The translations under genes were made by a program, and so were the position numbers. Positions 27,501-40,392 of a stretch of 64,000 nucleotides of DNA are shown here, in pieces. Location of the stretch: the NCBI GenBank assembly GCA_905331295.1, contig CAJNYD010000106.1, positions 62,001 to 126,000 of the forward strand, written 5' to 3'. The notes below the pieces were generated by a model. The model had not been told where the DNA came from. It did not search any database and saw only the letters and a list, made by a program, of their open reading frames with translations. Every line of letters starts with the position of its first letter. The stretch's first letter is position 1. Source of the DNA: Rotaria socialis. Taxonomy: Eukaryota.

Positions 27501-30500
27501 CAGAAGAACATTTGACAGAAGGAGCAGAAAGCGAAAAATCATCCATCTCAAGTCCAGTAGCAGGTTATTTCAGTAGTAGTGATGTTTATCATGCTTATAA
27601 ACAACCAATTGAACCAGTCTTTGAAAAAGAGTCCGACTCATCCAGTCTTGTTGAACAAGTCACAAACATTGTTAGTCATATTATCACTGATTTCACAAGT
27701 CATTTACCAACCTTACAATCTCACGAAGAAGTCAGTCAAGCACCAATCATTGATGGAGAAAAATCAACTTCAGAAGAAAAAGTGATTGCCGATGACGATA
27801 CATCTTCCACTGGTCTATTAGAAACATTGAAGAGCTATTTACCAGCATCTCTTCTATCAGCAGAAATCACTTCCGAAACACCAACTGAATATACTAAGGC
27901 TGTGGAAGTAACTGTGCCTTCATCTAGTACAGACACCGTAGCTACTACAGCCACTACAGAACAAATTGAAAAGACAGAAAACGAATTGATGGCAAGTCCT
28001 GTAGAAGATGTCGTACCCGATGTTTCAAGTTCACTGAATGAAGACAAAGTTAAAGTAGACGCTCCAAAATCTGTTGAAAGTGTCGTTCCATCAACTGAAG
28101 AAGTTCAAGAAATGATTGTTTCAAAACCATTGGAAGTTTCGAAAGAAGAACAGCAACAACAAGAATCATCGCCGGTTGTATCTGAAATTACCACGAGCAT
28201 TGTCACAACGACTACTCTACCTGATACCTCCACTATAGACATTAGTAAAGAAGAACCCCAAATAGAACGTGCTCTACCGTTGATGGATATTCAACAACCA
28301 CAACAAGAGCAAGAAGTCTCAGATCAGCAAGAAATTGTTGCTAGCCAGTTTGATATCTCCCATGTAGAAGAACCGGTTGTTGAAGAAAAAGGTTTAACAA
28401 GTGAAAGTGGTCAAGATAAGTCTGCTATTATGGATGCGATTCATGCAGTCCAAGATATTTTACCGACATCAGTTACTTCACATACTGATATCCAAGAAGA
28501 AAAACCAATTTCTAAGGATGACGAACCAGAAATTTTAACCACCACCGTAAGTCAATAAATAATTTTTTTATTTGAATATAACTTTTTTTTTCTGATGTAG
28601 TTACAAACATCAGTAGCTGATGAAATCAAGCACCAAGATAACATTGATTCTGTTGAACAAGATTCATCAGTTAACACAGAAATGATCTCAAATATGGTAT
28701 CTTCCAATGAGAAATCAATTGCTCCTGAAGTTTCCTCTACAGTAGAACAAGAATTGACTGCAGAACAATTAGAAAATTTTGGCATTACTGAAGATAAAGG
28801 ATCACTGATTGAAATTGCTAAAGAAATCCTCGCGGCTCCACTTCAATCTGCTGTTGACAAATATGAAAAAATTATTGCTGAACAAGAGCAGCCAACATCA
28901 ACAACGACTGTTCAAACGGTTGATGAACAAGAAACGTTAACTACGATTACTAACATCGCACAAGATGAAATAACAACACAAGAACAAATAGAACAGCAAC
29001 CATCACAACAACTTCAAGTTATTGGTGATGATTATCCATGGTATTCAAACTATTATACGATTGCTGATGCAGATGGAAAATTAGGTCCATTATACGAAAC
29101 TCTAACAAATACTATCAAACAACTCGAACAAAGACCACCTCCAACGATAGTCGAAGTTCAACCTGAACCACATGAAAGAGTTGTTATACCAGACTATGAT
29201 CATCAAACATTGACTGAGACACAAGATACAAGAGAAAAAGTTCATGAATTAGCTCAACTAAGTGCAACACTTACATCATCGATGACACCAACACAAGACG
29301 AGCAAATCAACGATGAAAACGGATTTCAAGTTGTACATCGTCGAAAACGTGCACCATCATCAACAGCACAAGAAGAGCCATCAACGAATACAAAAATTCC
29401 AAGTGAAACAACTCTCAGTCCAGATATAGATCTCATTCCAGTAGTTATTCACGGACATCCGGTTTCACCAACTAGTTCTATGTCAACAAGTGTCTCAGAA
29501 AATAGTGCAATAACTAGCAGTACAACTAGTAAGAAGAAGCATCACAAAATAAAGAAAGATGAAGAAATTATTTTCTTTGATGCTCCTGTACCATCCATAT
29601 CTGATACGGATAAACACGAGTCAGATACTGCCAAATCAGAAGCAGTTGAAGAACATATGGAAATCCTTGAACCACAAGTATTATCGTTCGTTCATACAGA
29701 TGACTCCACGGAAATCAATCAATCATTATCAACAGTAAAACATGAAATCGACCATCCATCAGACAACATTAAGCATGAGCTCGATCACTCATCAACCGAA
29801 ATCAAACTTCAACAAGATGAACCAACATTGGAAGTAAAATCTCAGCAAGATGAGCCACCAGTCGAAGTGAAATCGCAACCAGACCAACCGTTGGAAGAAA
29901 TAAAACTGCAACAAGTTGACCCATCAGTAGAAGTGAAACCTCAAGAAGACCAACCGTTGGAAGAATTCAAACTTGAACAAGGTGAACCGCCAGTGGAAGT
30001 GAAATCGCAACCAGACGACCCATTGGAAGAAATCAAACCTAAAAAACGTCAATCATTCGAAGAAGTTCAATTTCAACAAGTTGAGCCATCAGTAGAAATG
30101 AAATCTCAGCAAGACCAACCGTTGGAAGAAATCAAACCTCAACAGGGTGAACTATCGGAAGACAAAAAACTTGAAGAAGTCAAGCTTCAACAAGGTGAAC
30201 CATCGGAGGAAACAAAACCTCAACAACTTGAATCACCAGCAGAAATACAGTTTCAACAAGACCAATTATTCGAAGAAATCAAGCATGAGTTGGATCAGAC
30301 CTCAGAAGAAATTAAACTTCAACAAGATCGACCACCGGAAGAAATAAAAGATCAAGAAGATGAGCGATCAGTAGAAGTGAAATCTCAAGAAGACCAACCG
30401 TTGGAAGAAATCAAATTGCAAGAAGGTGAACCATCAGTTGAAGTAAAATCTCAACAAGATGAACCATCGAACAAAATAGATTCTCAGCAAGACCAACCGT

Positions 30501-33500
30501 CAGGCGATATTGGACATGAAATAGATCATCCATCTGAAAACATTAAACATGCGGTTGAGTTATCACATCGAACAGTTGATGAGCTGAAACAAACTTTAAC
30601 AGATACAAACAGTGACGAACAGCGTGGTGAAATTTTGTCAGCATCAGTCGCTTCTGATATCGCAGCACCTGAACAAGTAGATGATGATAATAACGACTCG
30701 ACGTCTTCGGATGCTTCACAGTGGTTGTCATCCTCATTTGTAACTTTTCCAGAAGATGCTAAACTTGATACACATGCCACTGAACAAAATATTGTTACGC
30801 AAGTTGTTTCGACAGCTGTGTTAAGTGAACATGAGTCGGCGAAATCAGAAGTATTGTCAAGTTCATCATCTATTAAGAAGAAGAAAATTAAAGTACGGTC
30901 GGCGGATCAAGAAAAACATCAGGAAGCCGAAGTTATATCATCAACGGTAGTTATTGAAGAACCAAAGGTAGTATCCAAACCAATTTCATTGATACCTGTA
31001 AAGACTACAACAATACCTGTTCTTACTAAAATGACTGTTCCAAAACCAGAACAGAAGGAAGAAGAAAATATCGATGATAATGAAGGTTTTCAAGTTGTTA
31101 CTTATCGTAAACATGTACCATCGACAGCAACGCATGAAAAAGTTCTACCACAATCACCAACACTTATATCTAAAAAACGATCTGGTTCTGATAATGATCG
31201 TAAACAAGCAGCCCCTCGAAGAACTCAAGGTTCATCAATACCTGTTGCTACTACTTCCACTACTCGTCCTGTTTCACACACCAGTACAACAACAAAACAG
31301 AAAATATATAGAAAAGAAACAACATTATCAGACGCTCCATTATCATCAGCATCGACTGATAATGATATCACTTCTTCGTCCAGTATCGGCAAGAGCCGAT
31401 CGAAGGACATGAAACAAAAACCGATGGATCAACCTACAACGAGTAGTATCACAACAGAATCGAAGTCTATATCTTCAACATTCTTGACAACTAGTACTGG
31501 TCCTTTACTAACGGCAGAAATCAAGAGCAAACCACTTCCAAAAAGTGAACAAACAATTCTAGAATCTCAAGCTCCATCATTAATAATAACTACTGTCGAA
31601 GAACCTGAAATCAAATCTGAGCCAATCGTATCAACACCAACGAAAACAACGACAACAACACTTCGTGTAAAAGCATTAACTTCACCAGAAGAAGAAGAGG
31701 AAGATAACGAAGGATTTCGAGTAGTTCATTATCGAAAACGTATATCTTCGGCACCGAGATCAGAGAAAACATCACCAACATTGCCACCACAAGGAAATAT
31801 ACAAAATATGAGTCGTAGTATGGATCCTAAATCGGTAATTATTCATGGACGTCATGGATCAGGATCAAGTTCAATACCACGTTCAAATGCTGGTAACCAA
31901 ATGCCCTATCACAGACGTCAACAAATTAGACCAAAACATGATCGACATCAATTTCCACCAACCCATCCTCCACGTTCACCTGCTTCACAAGAGTCACGTA
32001 TAACGCCATTATTTGGCACGGAAACTCGAACAGTTGAATTAATAAAACCACTAATGAACGATATATGTGAAAAAATGAGTGATGTTGTAATTCAATCACC
32101 ATCGATCGATCAAAAGTCACCGGAAGAAATTTTATACGTACAACCAACAATTATTTATGAGCCACCACAAGCACCGAGCATTGAACATCAAACTATTCTT
32201 CCAGTCGTAAAATCCAAACCATCAGATTCGATTCAACAAGAAATAATAAATGTTGAACATCCAGCTGTTCTTGTTACTGTGCACCCAAAATCATCTGATC
32301 AAGATCAACAAAAAAAGGAAACCGAAATAAAAGATGAACCATTAACTTCGAAAATTTCGGCTCATGTAAATCAATCTGTTCAGAAAGTTGTTGAAGAATA
32401 TCTTACGTCAACAAAAGTCGAGACCAAAAGTCAAGTTCGACAAGTAGCTCCAACGAAAGAAAACATTCTACCAGTCATAGCTAGTACAATTACAACTGAA
32501 TTTCAAAAACGTTCATCAATTGAAGACGAAGATGAAGATGGTTTTCGTGTAGTACGTTATCGTAAGCATGTACCTTCTTCGCCAACAGCAACGATGGCAA
32601 CAACAACGACAACGCCATTTTCTAAGCCATATAGTCACAGTTCGGATAGTGAAAAGAGCCAATCAAGAAGTTCTAGGAAACAAATTTCGTCACCATCTAC
32701 AGTGGCTTCTATAGGAACTACTTCGCAAAGTATGACTCTTAAGAAAAAACCAAAGAAAACTGAAGAAAAATCTGCTGCAGCTGATACAGCTTTACATGCT
32801 GATGTTCGTTCACCGCCAACTACCGATACTGATCTTGTTTCGTCATCAAAAGATGAACCTATCACAAGAACAATAACTAAACATATTGAAAAAGTTGTCG
32901 AATCTCAAATAATAACCAAAGATGTTTCTTCTCCTCTTCATTCAGACAACCAATCTAAATCAACAAAAGAAGATCATAAACCAATACGTCTTCCTGGACT
33001 TGTACAAAAAACATCCGATGATACTCAATATCAAATACAACCAACTGAATCAGCAACATTACTATCAGTAGCAAGTGCTGATACGAGTGAGGATTCATCA
33101 AAGAAAACGAAGAGAAAACATAAACGTCCAAAACAAGAATCCGCTAGAGTAGACATATCGACAACATCCGATGAAGTCTCTAGTACAACTGGCAATATTC
33201 CATGGAAAAAAACGCTAACACCTTCAATTCCATCTCCAAAACCAGCTGTCGAAATTTCATTGACATCCAGTCCAATCGAGGAGAAATCTGATCAAGTTCT
33301 ATTAAAAGAACAAACTCTTCTATCACAACCAACGATACATATTGAAGATGATGAAAGTAAAATAGAGGCCAGTAAAAAACATCCGAAGCAACGAAAGAAA
33401 AAATCACAGTCTAGTGAAAAACACGATCAAAACGACAATAGCTTAACTTCTTCAGCAAGCAGTACAACAGACAAAGATAGTAGTAGTGCAACTAGAGCAA

Positions 33501-36500
33501 CATCTACGAAACCTACTGCAATTGAGTCTACAACTCAAAGCCGTTTAAGAACTGATGATGATAAGCACGAGTCCGAATGGATAGTAGCTCAAAGTAAAAA
33601 GAGAAAATCAAAAGCAGTCGAATCGCCCACTACACCTGAATCGAGTGAACCAAAACTATCACTCTATCCTCATTCAACACTACAGCCAGCAACAACAACG
33701 AAAAGTCCACCAGAAAAAGTGACTGATGTTCAATTTAAATTTAAAAAAAGTGGTGAACTAGTCGTTACAAGTCAAGTACCAATAGAACATTCACCAACTG
33801 AATGGGGTACAGTTATATTTCTATCCGATGAACAACCAAATATTTCACAAAAAGATGAAATTACGGTAACAACTGAAGATATTAGTTCACAACAACCATC
33901 GGTGGTCATTGAACAGCAACCGATCATTGAACAAATAGTCGACATAATTTCTCAAACTGATGATGAAACTAAAATAGAATCATCGCCACAAGCAATCGAA
34001 AGTAGTGAAACCAGTGGTGAAGCTGATTTAGATGCTTATCGTGATCAAACTGGTCGTCTTCGTCGAAAGAAACCACGCAAACATACAACTAGTCTAAGTA
34101 GTAAACCTGAAGATCTACAATCACCACCAACTACTGCTGCTGCTGTTGCTGCTGCTGCTACTACAAATACTGAGCCAGAATCATCTGAAGAAACTAAATT
34201 TGACCGTAAAACTACCAGCGAACATTGGGCTATTGTTTTAGACGCTCCAATATCGAATACAGATGACGAAGAGAAAGTTCAAGCTAAACTAATTCAACAA
34301 GAAAAACCAACTGAAGATGAAGACAGCAGTGAAACAAGTAGTAAATTAGACTCATTTCTACCTGAATATATTCGTCAGCAAATCAAAGCTGAATCATCAG
34401 CACGTTCATCATCTTTACCTGGTCATCGTTCAAAATCATCATCGAATGAACCAACAATGCCTGATGTACATACACGTACAACGCGTGCTGAATTTCCATC
34501 AACATCACATCAATCAACAAGTACGGATACATCGGAAAATGAAAGTCGAAAATTTGTAGGTGAACCTCATGAAGAAGAAAATCATTCAACAGAAGATTCA
34601 CGTTCTCTGTCGACATCGAATCAAATTGAACATGATACAATCATAACGTCATCTTCATCCATTTCATCTGCTGCTGCACCTAAAAAAAAACAACGGCCTA
34701 AAATGTTAAAAAAAGATATTGAAGCTACAACATTATTAACGCATGAATTCGATGATACACCATTGACTATCACTGAAATTCAAGCAGCGTCAACAACAAC
34801 AACAGCAACAACACAAGACGATGAATCATTTTTATCTTCAACAACTAGTCAATCTATTTCAGCGATTACGGATTCGGTGATATCATCTTCATTATCTGCT
34901 CATAAACAAACTCCCACTAATGAACAAAAGTCTCTTCAATCGGATGAGCCACTGTCATCAATTGAAGAACCGCCAACTAGTTCTATTTTAACAATTACAG
35001 AACCAACAACAACCATAATAATGAGAAAAAAAGCATCAACTCGTTCACCTCGTAAACGTTCAAAACGAGACAGTGGTCCTGATTATGAAAATGTAATAAC
35101 TCCAACATTGGACGATGTCGAACAAGCATTTGCTGATGATCGAGTGATGACAACAGCCGTTGATAATGATCAAACAGATTTTATTAGAGTTGAAACTCAT
35201 AAGCATCAATCACGACAACGAACATCATCGGGTCGACAAATCATAAATAGCCAAGAAGATAATGAACAACAAGCTATATTAGCTGACGATGAAGAAGATG
35301 ATGACTTTGCTGTCAAACCTATCGTATTACATGGAACTGGTGTCGGTACAAATGTTCAAACACCAACTGAATCGGCTATTGAACAACACGATTCATCGGC
35401 AACAGCAACAGCAACAACAACAGCAATAACAACATCGAAAAAGAAACGACAAAAGAAGAAAAATGCAACTGAAGAAGTTGAATTCATTGCAAAAATACCC
35501 GATGAATTAAAATCTGATAAAGATGATACATCAGTATCAGAAGAACAACCAGAATCACCTAATGAACAATTACGACCAGTTCAAGGTTTTCATTCATTTA
35601 CACCGAATAAATATCAATACAATCAATATGAAGAAGTACCAGCAGCTCCAACTGAACAAACAGTAACTTCAACGGCAAGTACGACAGCTACTACAGAAAA
35701 TAAAGATGAAGTTTTTGCCCGTGGTTTTAATCTATGGTTAAAACAAAACAATGACAATGAATCAAGTTCAACAGTAAAGAAAGACGAAACAGAAGAGCCA
35801 TCACAACAACAACCAGAAGCAGTTAGTGGTTTAACTCGTGCAATGCAGAGTCTCATTATTCAACCAGTTGAAAGTGACAACGATGAAGAAGAAGATGATG
35901 AAGATGATTCATGGAACGGACCACGAGCTAAAAAGCCAACGTATACAACAGGTGCGCGAGCCGAAAAACGAATTCATACATCTAGTGGATATAATGTAAA
36001 TCATCCACGATCAGTCGCTATTTCACCTTGGCTAATGCCAAAATCAAACGATAATACATATCAAGATGATTCATCGAAGTATGATCCAAATGACTCATCA
36101 AAATATGATCCCGATGATGAAGAAGATTCGATAAATGATGCATCCGATAGATTGCAGCTATCTCATCCAATTAATACACAATTTTCGACAAAAGAAGAAC
36201 GACAAATACATCTAAATAGTTTAGCTGACTTAACATTTCAAGCAACTACCAATACTTTATCTTCTTCGACATCATCATCATTATCATCAGCAGTCAAATG
36301 GAATGAAACACCAATACGTACTGATGAAACTGTTCCACTGCAGACAAATTTTACCGATGATGACGTACAACGATGTTTAGGCGAAGATTTCTATCGAGAA
36401 TCATTAGCTGTAGATCCACTTCATGCTGAAAAACGAGCACTAGCAAGTTTAAGTGATCTTGTTTTAAAGCCAACTCAGCAATTAGAAGAAACAGACAATG

Positions 36501-37048
36501 ATGACGATGATATCGATGATGATAGTCAAAGTAATGAAAACAATAAAAATAATAATAATAATAATACTTCAAATAATTTCGATGAATGGGGGCATTTTCT
36601 TGACTATGATGATGAACAAAACATAATTCTATCATCTGAATCGACATCATCGAGAATTCTTCAACCACGTGTATTAACATCCTATGAATGTTCATATGCA
36701 CGAGAATTAGATGATGATACACTTGTAACTGACGCTGATCGTTCACATTTAATAGACTATACTCAGCATTCATATGAACATGAACGACAACGCTATGGTG
36801 ATTTTGCGTGTACAAGCGATGATTCTAGTGTGACACAATCGATGACTAATCCTTCTTCAATATTGACAAATTCAAATATACCGAGACCCTCAGAAACATT
36901 TCAGAGATGGCGAAATCAATCAAATCGTGATCGAGACGAATCGGATTCACGCGTAACAACCATATCAACAGAAGATCAAAATGACGATGAAATATTTGTA
37001 TCACATACAGACGGCGGTCTTAGTCGACGAGTGAGACCAACACAATAA
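3545..37048 (+). CDS. Giant (about 9,795 aa) acidic, repeat-rich, mostly disordered protein with an N-terminal NAC-beta/BTF3-like domain and a PAM2 motif; 11 coding exons
   Basis: Hand-spliced GT-AG exons: 3545-5056, 6344-7634, 8994-9248, 9586-9726, 10241-12163, 12471-12856, 12933-12994, 13051-13416, 13482-14444, 14506-28546, 28601-37048. Junction phases 0,1,1,1,1,0,2,2,2,0 all match, and the total of 29,388 nt is divisible by 3. Exons 6-11 are joined by short (54-76 nt) introns and are very secure; exons 5 and 6 are joined by a 307-nt intron. Linkage of exons 1-4 across longer introns is less certain. Confidence 0.8.
11600..11930 (+). repeat. Two-copy 156-nt (52 aa) internal duplication containing TGYHYPSIPIDTK
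   Basis: ACTGGTTATCATTATCCATCGATTCC occurs at 11656 and 11812. Confidence 0.9.
16085..22400 (+). repeat. Coding tandem array of about 21 units (mostly 300 nt/100 aa and 345 nt/115 aa), core DHVSTEALTEAVREII
   Basis: Core starts at 16085, 16430, 16775, 17075, 17411, 17711, 17951, 18251, 18596, 18896, 19241, 19541, 19841, 20141, 20441, 20741, 21086, 21353, 21686, 22004 and 22352. All spacings are multiples of 3. Confidence 0.95.
26080..27860 (+). repeat. Second coding repeat family: 4x SSP(V/A)(A/T)GYF(S/T)SSDVYHAYKQPIEPV and 3x GLLETLKSYLPAS
   Basis: Copies of the first motif lie near 26098, 26549, 27038 and 27548; copies of the second lie near 26339, 27350 and 27812. Confidence 0.92.
29740..30550 (+). 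repeat. Coding minisatellite, 33-nt (11 aa) unit in alternating 22-aa pairs, e.g. KLQQDEPSVEV-KSQQDQPLEEI
   Basis: Recurrent GACCAACCGTTGGAAGAAAT and CCATCAGTAGAAGTGAAA-like units; roughly two dozen degenerate 11-mers. Confidence 0.9.
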
Positions 37049-40000
37049 TGTAGTTATTGCTCACCTTTATTTTCCTGTTTCTTGCTACCTTTTCACCGCA
37101 TCAGTATTTTTCCTTTCCTTTTCTTTTTTTGCTTCTTTCGTTATCAGTTTTTCATTTCGATTCTTACTCACTCTATTTCTATCTTCTATTTTCTTTCTCA
37201 TATCGCTCTTTAATCTAGTCGATCAACAGATTCCTTCACATTTTAACAGACATTATCATATGCAATAACAAAAAAAAAATACTTCTTCTTAACTACTTCA
37301 ATCATATATGGAAAAATCAAAACGCAAACGGATAAATATTATCTTGACATTCCCATCCGATTTTTAACGTGTCAATTCTAATTCAAACATTACATATATA
37401 TATATTTGAAGAACACTGAATAGTATTCTTCATATGTTTGCTTTATTAATAGCAAGTGTTATATTGATGTTTCATTATTAATTATTTCAACTGTTTTCTA
37501 TTATTGAAATCGGTGACATTATTGTTTTTATTATATTTTTCTACAAATGCGAAGGCGTGAATTGTTCTTCGTTAAACAAGCAAGGGCATGTATATCGTCT
37601 ATATACATTCATCATACGGATATGGCCACTTTACAAAGTAGTTTTTGTTTTATTATTTGTTAACAATTATAATTATTTGTATTCTGCTGATAAGAGTATG
37701 TTTTTCATGTTACTGAGCAATAATTACATTATCACAATTATTCAATGACACGCAAACAAGAAGAAGTTATTATAATACGTATTGCAAAACTGACCACTTT
37801 CTTTGTTTTTTAGATGAACAATTAGTCTCGTGTAATTCTTTCAATAGTGTTTTTTGTTTTTTACTCGTGTATGTTACATGCGAATCATTATTCATATGTA
37901 CAATGTATTTGTCAATTGTTTTCTTTTTTTTTCAACCCTGTCTGTTATTCACTTATTCATCACACACAGTGTCACATTTCTTTCGTTTCTTTTTTTCTAT
38001 TTGTTGATGAGTTCTGTTTACTTCTTTCATTCAGTTTTAGTTGAGTTGATTAGATTAAGAGAGAAAGAGAAAGTGAATAATAATAATATAATAATAAAAT
38101 TCGAAACACTTGCAAAATTCAAAAGAATTTATATGCCTCACATTCAATACGCATATACGTATATATCTATCTATACTTAGACATTGGATCAGCTTTCATC
38201 CTCACGTATATATTTATCATCGACAAGCAATTACCGGATTCGTACGGATCGAATATCTCTTTTTAATCCTCTTTTTTCTTCTTCTATTTAACGTATTACG
38301 TCAATGTTATCCTAGAGTTGTACGATTATAGCACATACATATTCGTGATAACGCACGTTAAATGTATATTCGATATTATTCATGATTCAAAAGCAAGACT
38401 TTGCTCTTTTCGCTTTTGTTTTATTATGAACTTATATGCAAATTCAATACAATGGTTGTATAAAAAAACAGCAGAAGAAGCAGAGAGAGAATTGCATATA
38501 CACGCACTTGTTACTTTACAAAAAAAGAAACACACGTTGTACCACAGAGGTGAAAAAAGTTAATGAATATCGACAAGAGATTATTCTATCACATGTATTT
38601 GGTGATCATATTCGTTTATTCAATTGCATTAAATAAATATTTTTCTTTATAAAAAAAAGAAAAGAAAAAAGAAATAGAAATCATGAAATTTTGTAATATA
38701 CGGAATGTTTATAATAGAGAGAAAGAAGAAAAAAATGCCTACCAAAATTTCTAGGGAAGAACATTCTTGATATAATTAAATAACATTTTTATAACAAAAA
38801 GAAAATCAATTAAGCTTGACTTTTCTTTTTATTACTGCTTCTCAGTATTTCTCTGGTTTGATGATACATCTGGCTCTTTGTAATGATAATGTATGCAACG
38901 TTTGTATATGTCAACAGCATTGACTTCAGTTTAGCGAGGTCGATATGTCTACAGCTCCTTGTAGAAGATGATGATAGCGACGACAACAACAACTAGTAAA
39001 GTAATCGACAGTCAACATTCTTGATGGATGACTGCTATGGATAAGAATACGTATGATTACTAAAGCGCGAGCCCTATGATGAAAGCTTCATGGCTGCTCT
39101 TCTTCGTGTTCTCCTTCTTTCCTATGTTCTATTTTTACATTCATCTGCGGAATAGTTTTGCTGCTCGGTTGTACGGTTACAACATCGAAGAAAACAATAA
39201 CTGCATCAAAAAGAAAGAAAGAAAAAATGCATACGTGATATAACCGTTTCTTTTTCTTGTACTAAGACTTTTTTTAGTGTAACACATAGAGAAAGCAAGG
39301 AATAGGTAGAAGAATTAGTCTTATTCATTCACGCATCGATTCTATGAATGACTTGGATTTCTCAGTTTCGTTTTTCTTCCTTCTATTTCTTCTTTAATAA
39401 ATGACCATTGATACATTAATACAAATCACATATGTCAAATCAAATTAAATTTTCCATTTTATTCGACTATTATTATTGCCACTTATATGTATGCTTATTT
39501 CAAAACCGGCGATAATAGATTTATATTCTAAATTTAACATTCAACTTGGCACCAGCCTGCTGAATATCAAGGTAAGCAGACTCTCTGTACATATATGTAA
39601 ATATACATGTATACTTGTATTACTACTAATATTACTATTACTACTACCTTTGCATCGAATTCACATGTGGTTTCAGTATATAAACGAAAAAAAAAAGCCA
39701 TGGATGTAAAATGCTGAATTGAAAGAGAACGAACTATAACGTAAGCAAAAATTTTGAGAAGAAAAAAGAATAGAATAGAATTGCCGGATCAATTTATTTC
39801 GACAGTATTGAAGTGAAGGTTTCTCACGCCCATCGGATGTGCTTATCAATTGGCTGAATTTTTTTCTTCTTATACAAAAGGTAGCTTCTTAATTTATATT
39901 ACAAATAGAAATTAAGAACAAAGGGTTTTTTGGTATTAGTATGATCTATTAGATATAATTATTCTCGTAGACAAAACCCATCGTTTCTTGATATTACATC

Positions 40001-40196
40001 ATTTATTATCGATGGATTTGCTACTCTTTGTACCATTTAGTCTATTCAGCATCCAGCTGAGTCAAATGGGCCAATCCGCATTTCTATTACATCTTCGCTT
40101 GATAATGGAAAATACTGCGATAAAGAATAAGTTATAGAAGAACACAAAAAGGAATAAACGATAGTTCTTATGTTCATTCAGCCTCTACACATACAT

Positions 40197-40230
<34 letters not shown>

Positions 40231-40240
40231 ATCTATATAT

Positions 40241-40392
40241 ATGTTGTAGTGGAAATTAAAATTCAGTAGAATTTAAAATCCTACTAGTAGAAATTGAAAT
40301 TTTAGTTTCTACTATAGGTAAAATTCAGTAGAATTTCAATTTCTACTAGTAGAATTTTAAATTCTACTGAATTTTAATTTCTACTGCGACAT
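40241..40392. mobile_element. MITE-like foldback element embedded in a (TA)n microsatellite
   Basis: 61-bp arms (40241-40301 and 40332-40392) are reverse complements with 4 mismatches around a 30-nt spacer. TA runs lie on both sides and there is no coding capacity. Confidence 0.7.

Noticed and set aside
15023..36815. Many 60-150 aa antisense and alternate-frame ORFs within the giant exons, several resembling each other
   Set aside because: These are shadows of the biased codon usage and repeat periodicity of the + strand gene; there is no independent coding signal.
14480..37048. Calling the giant protein titin, mucin, giant ankyrin or futsch/MAP1B
   Set aside because: The similarity is only compositional; no Ig/FN3, ankyrin, signal peptide or MAP1 domains were recognised.
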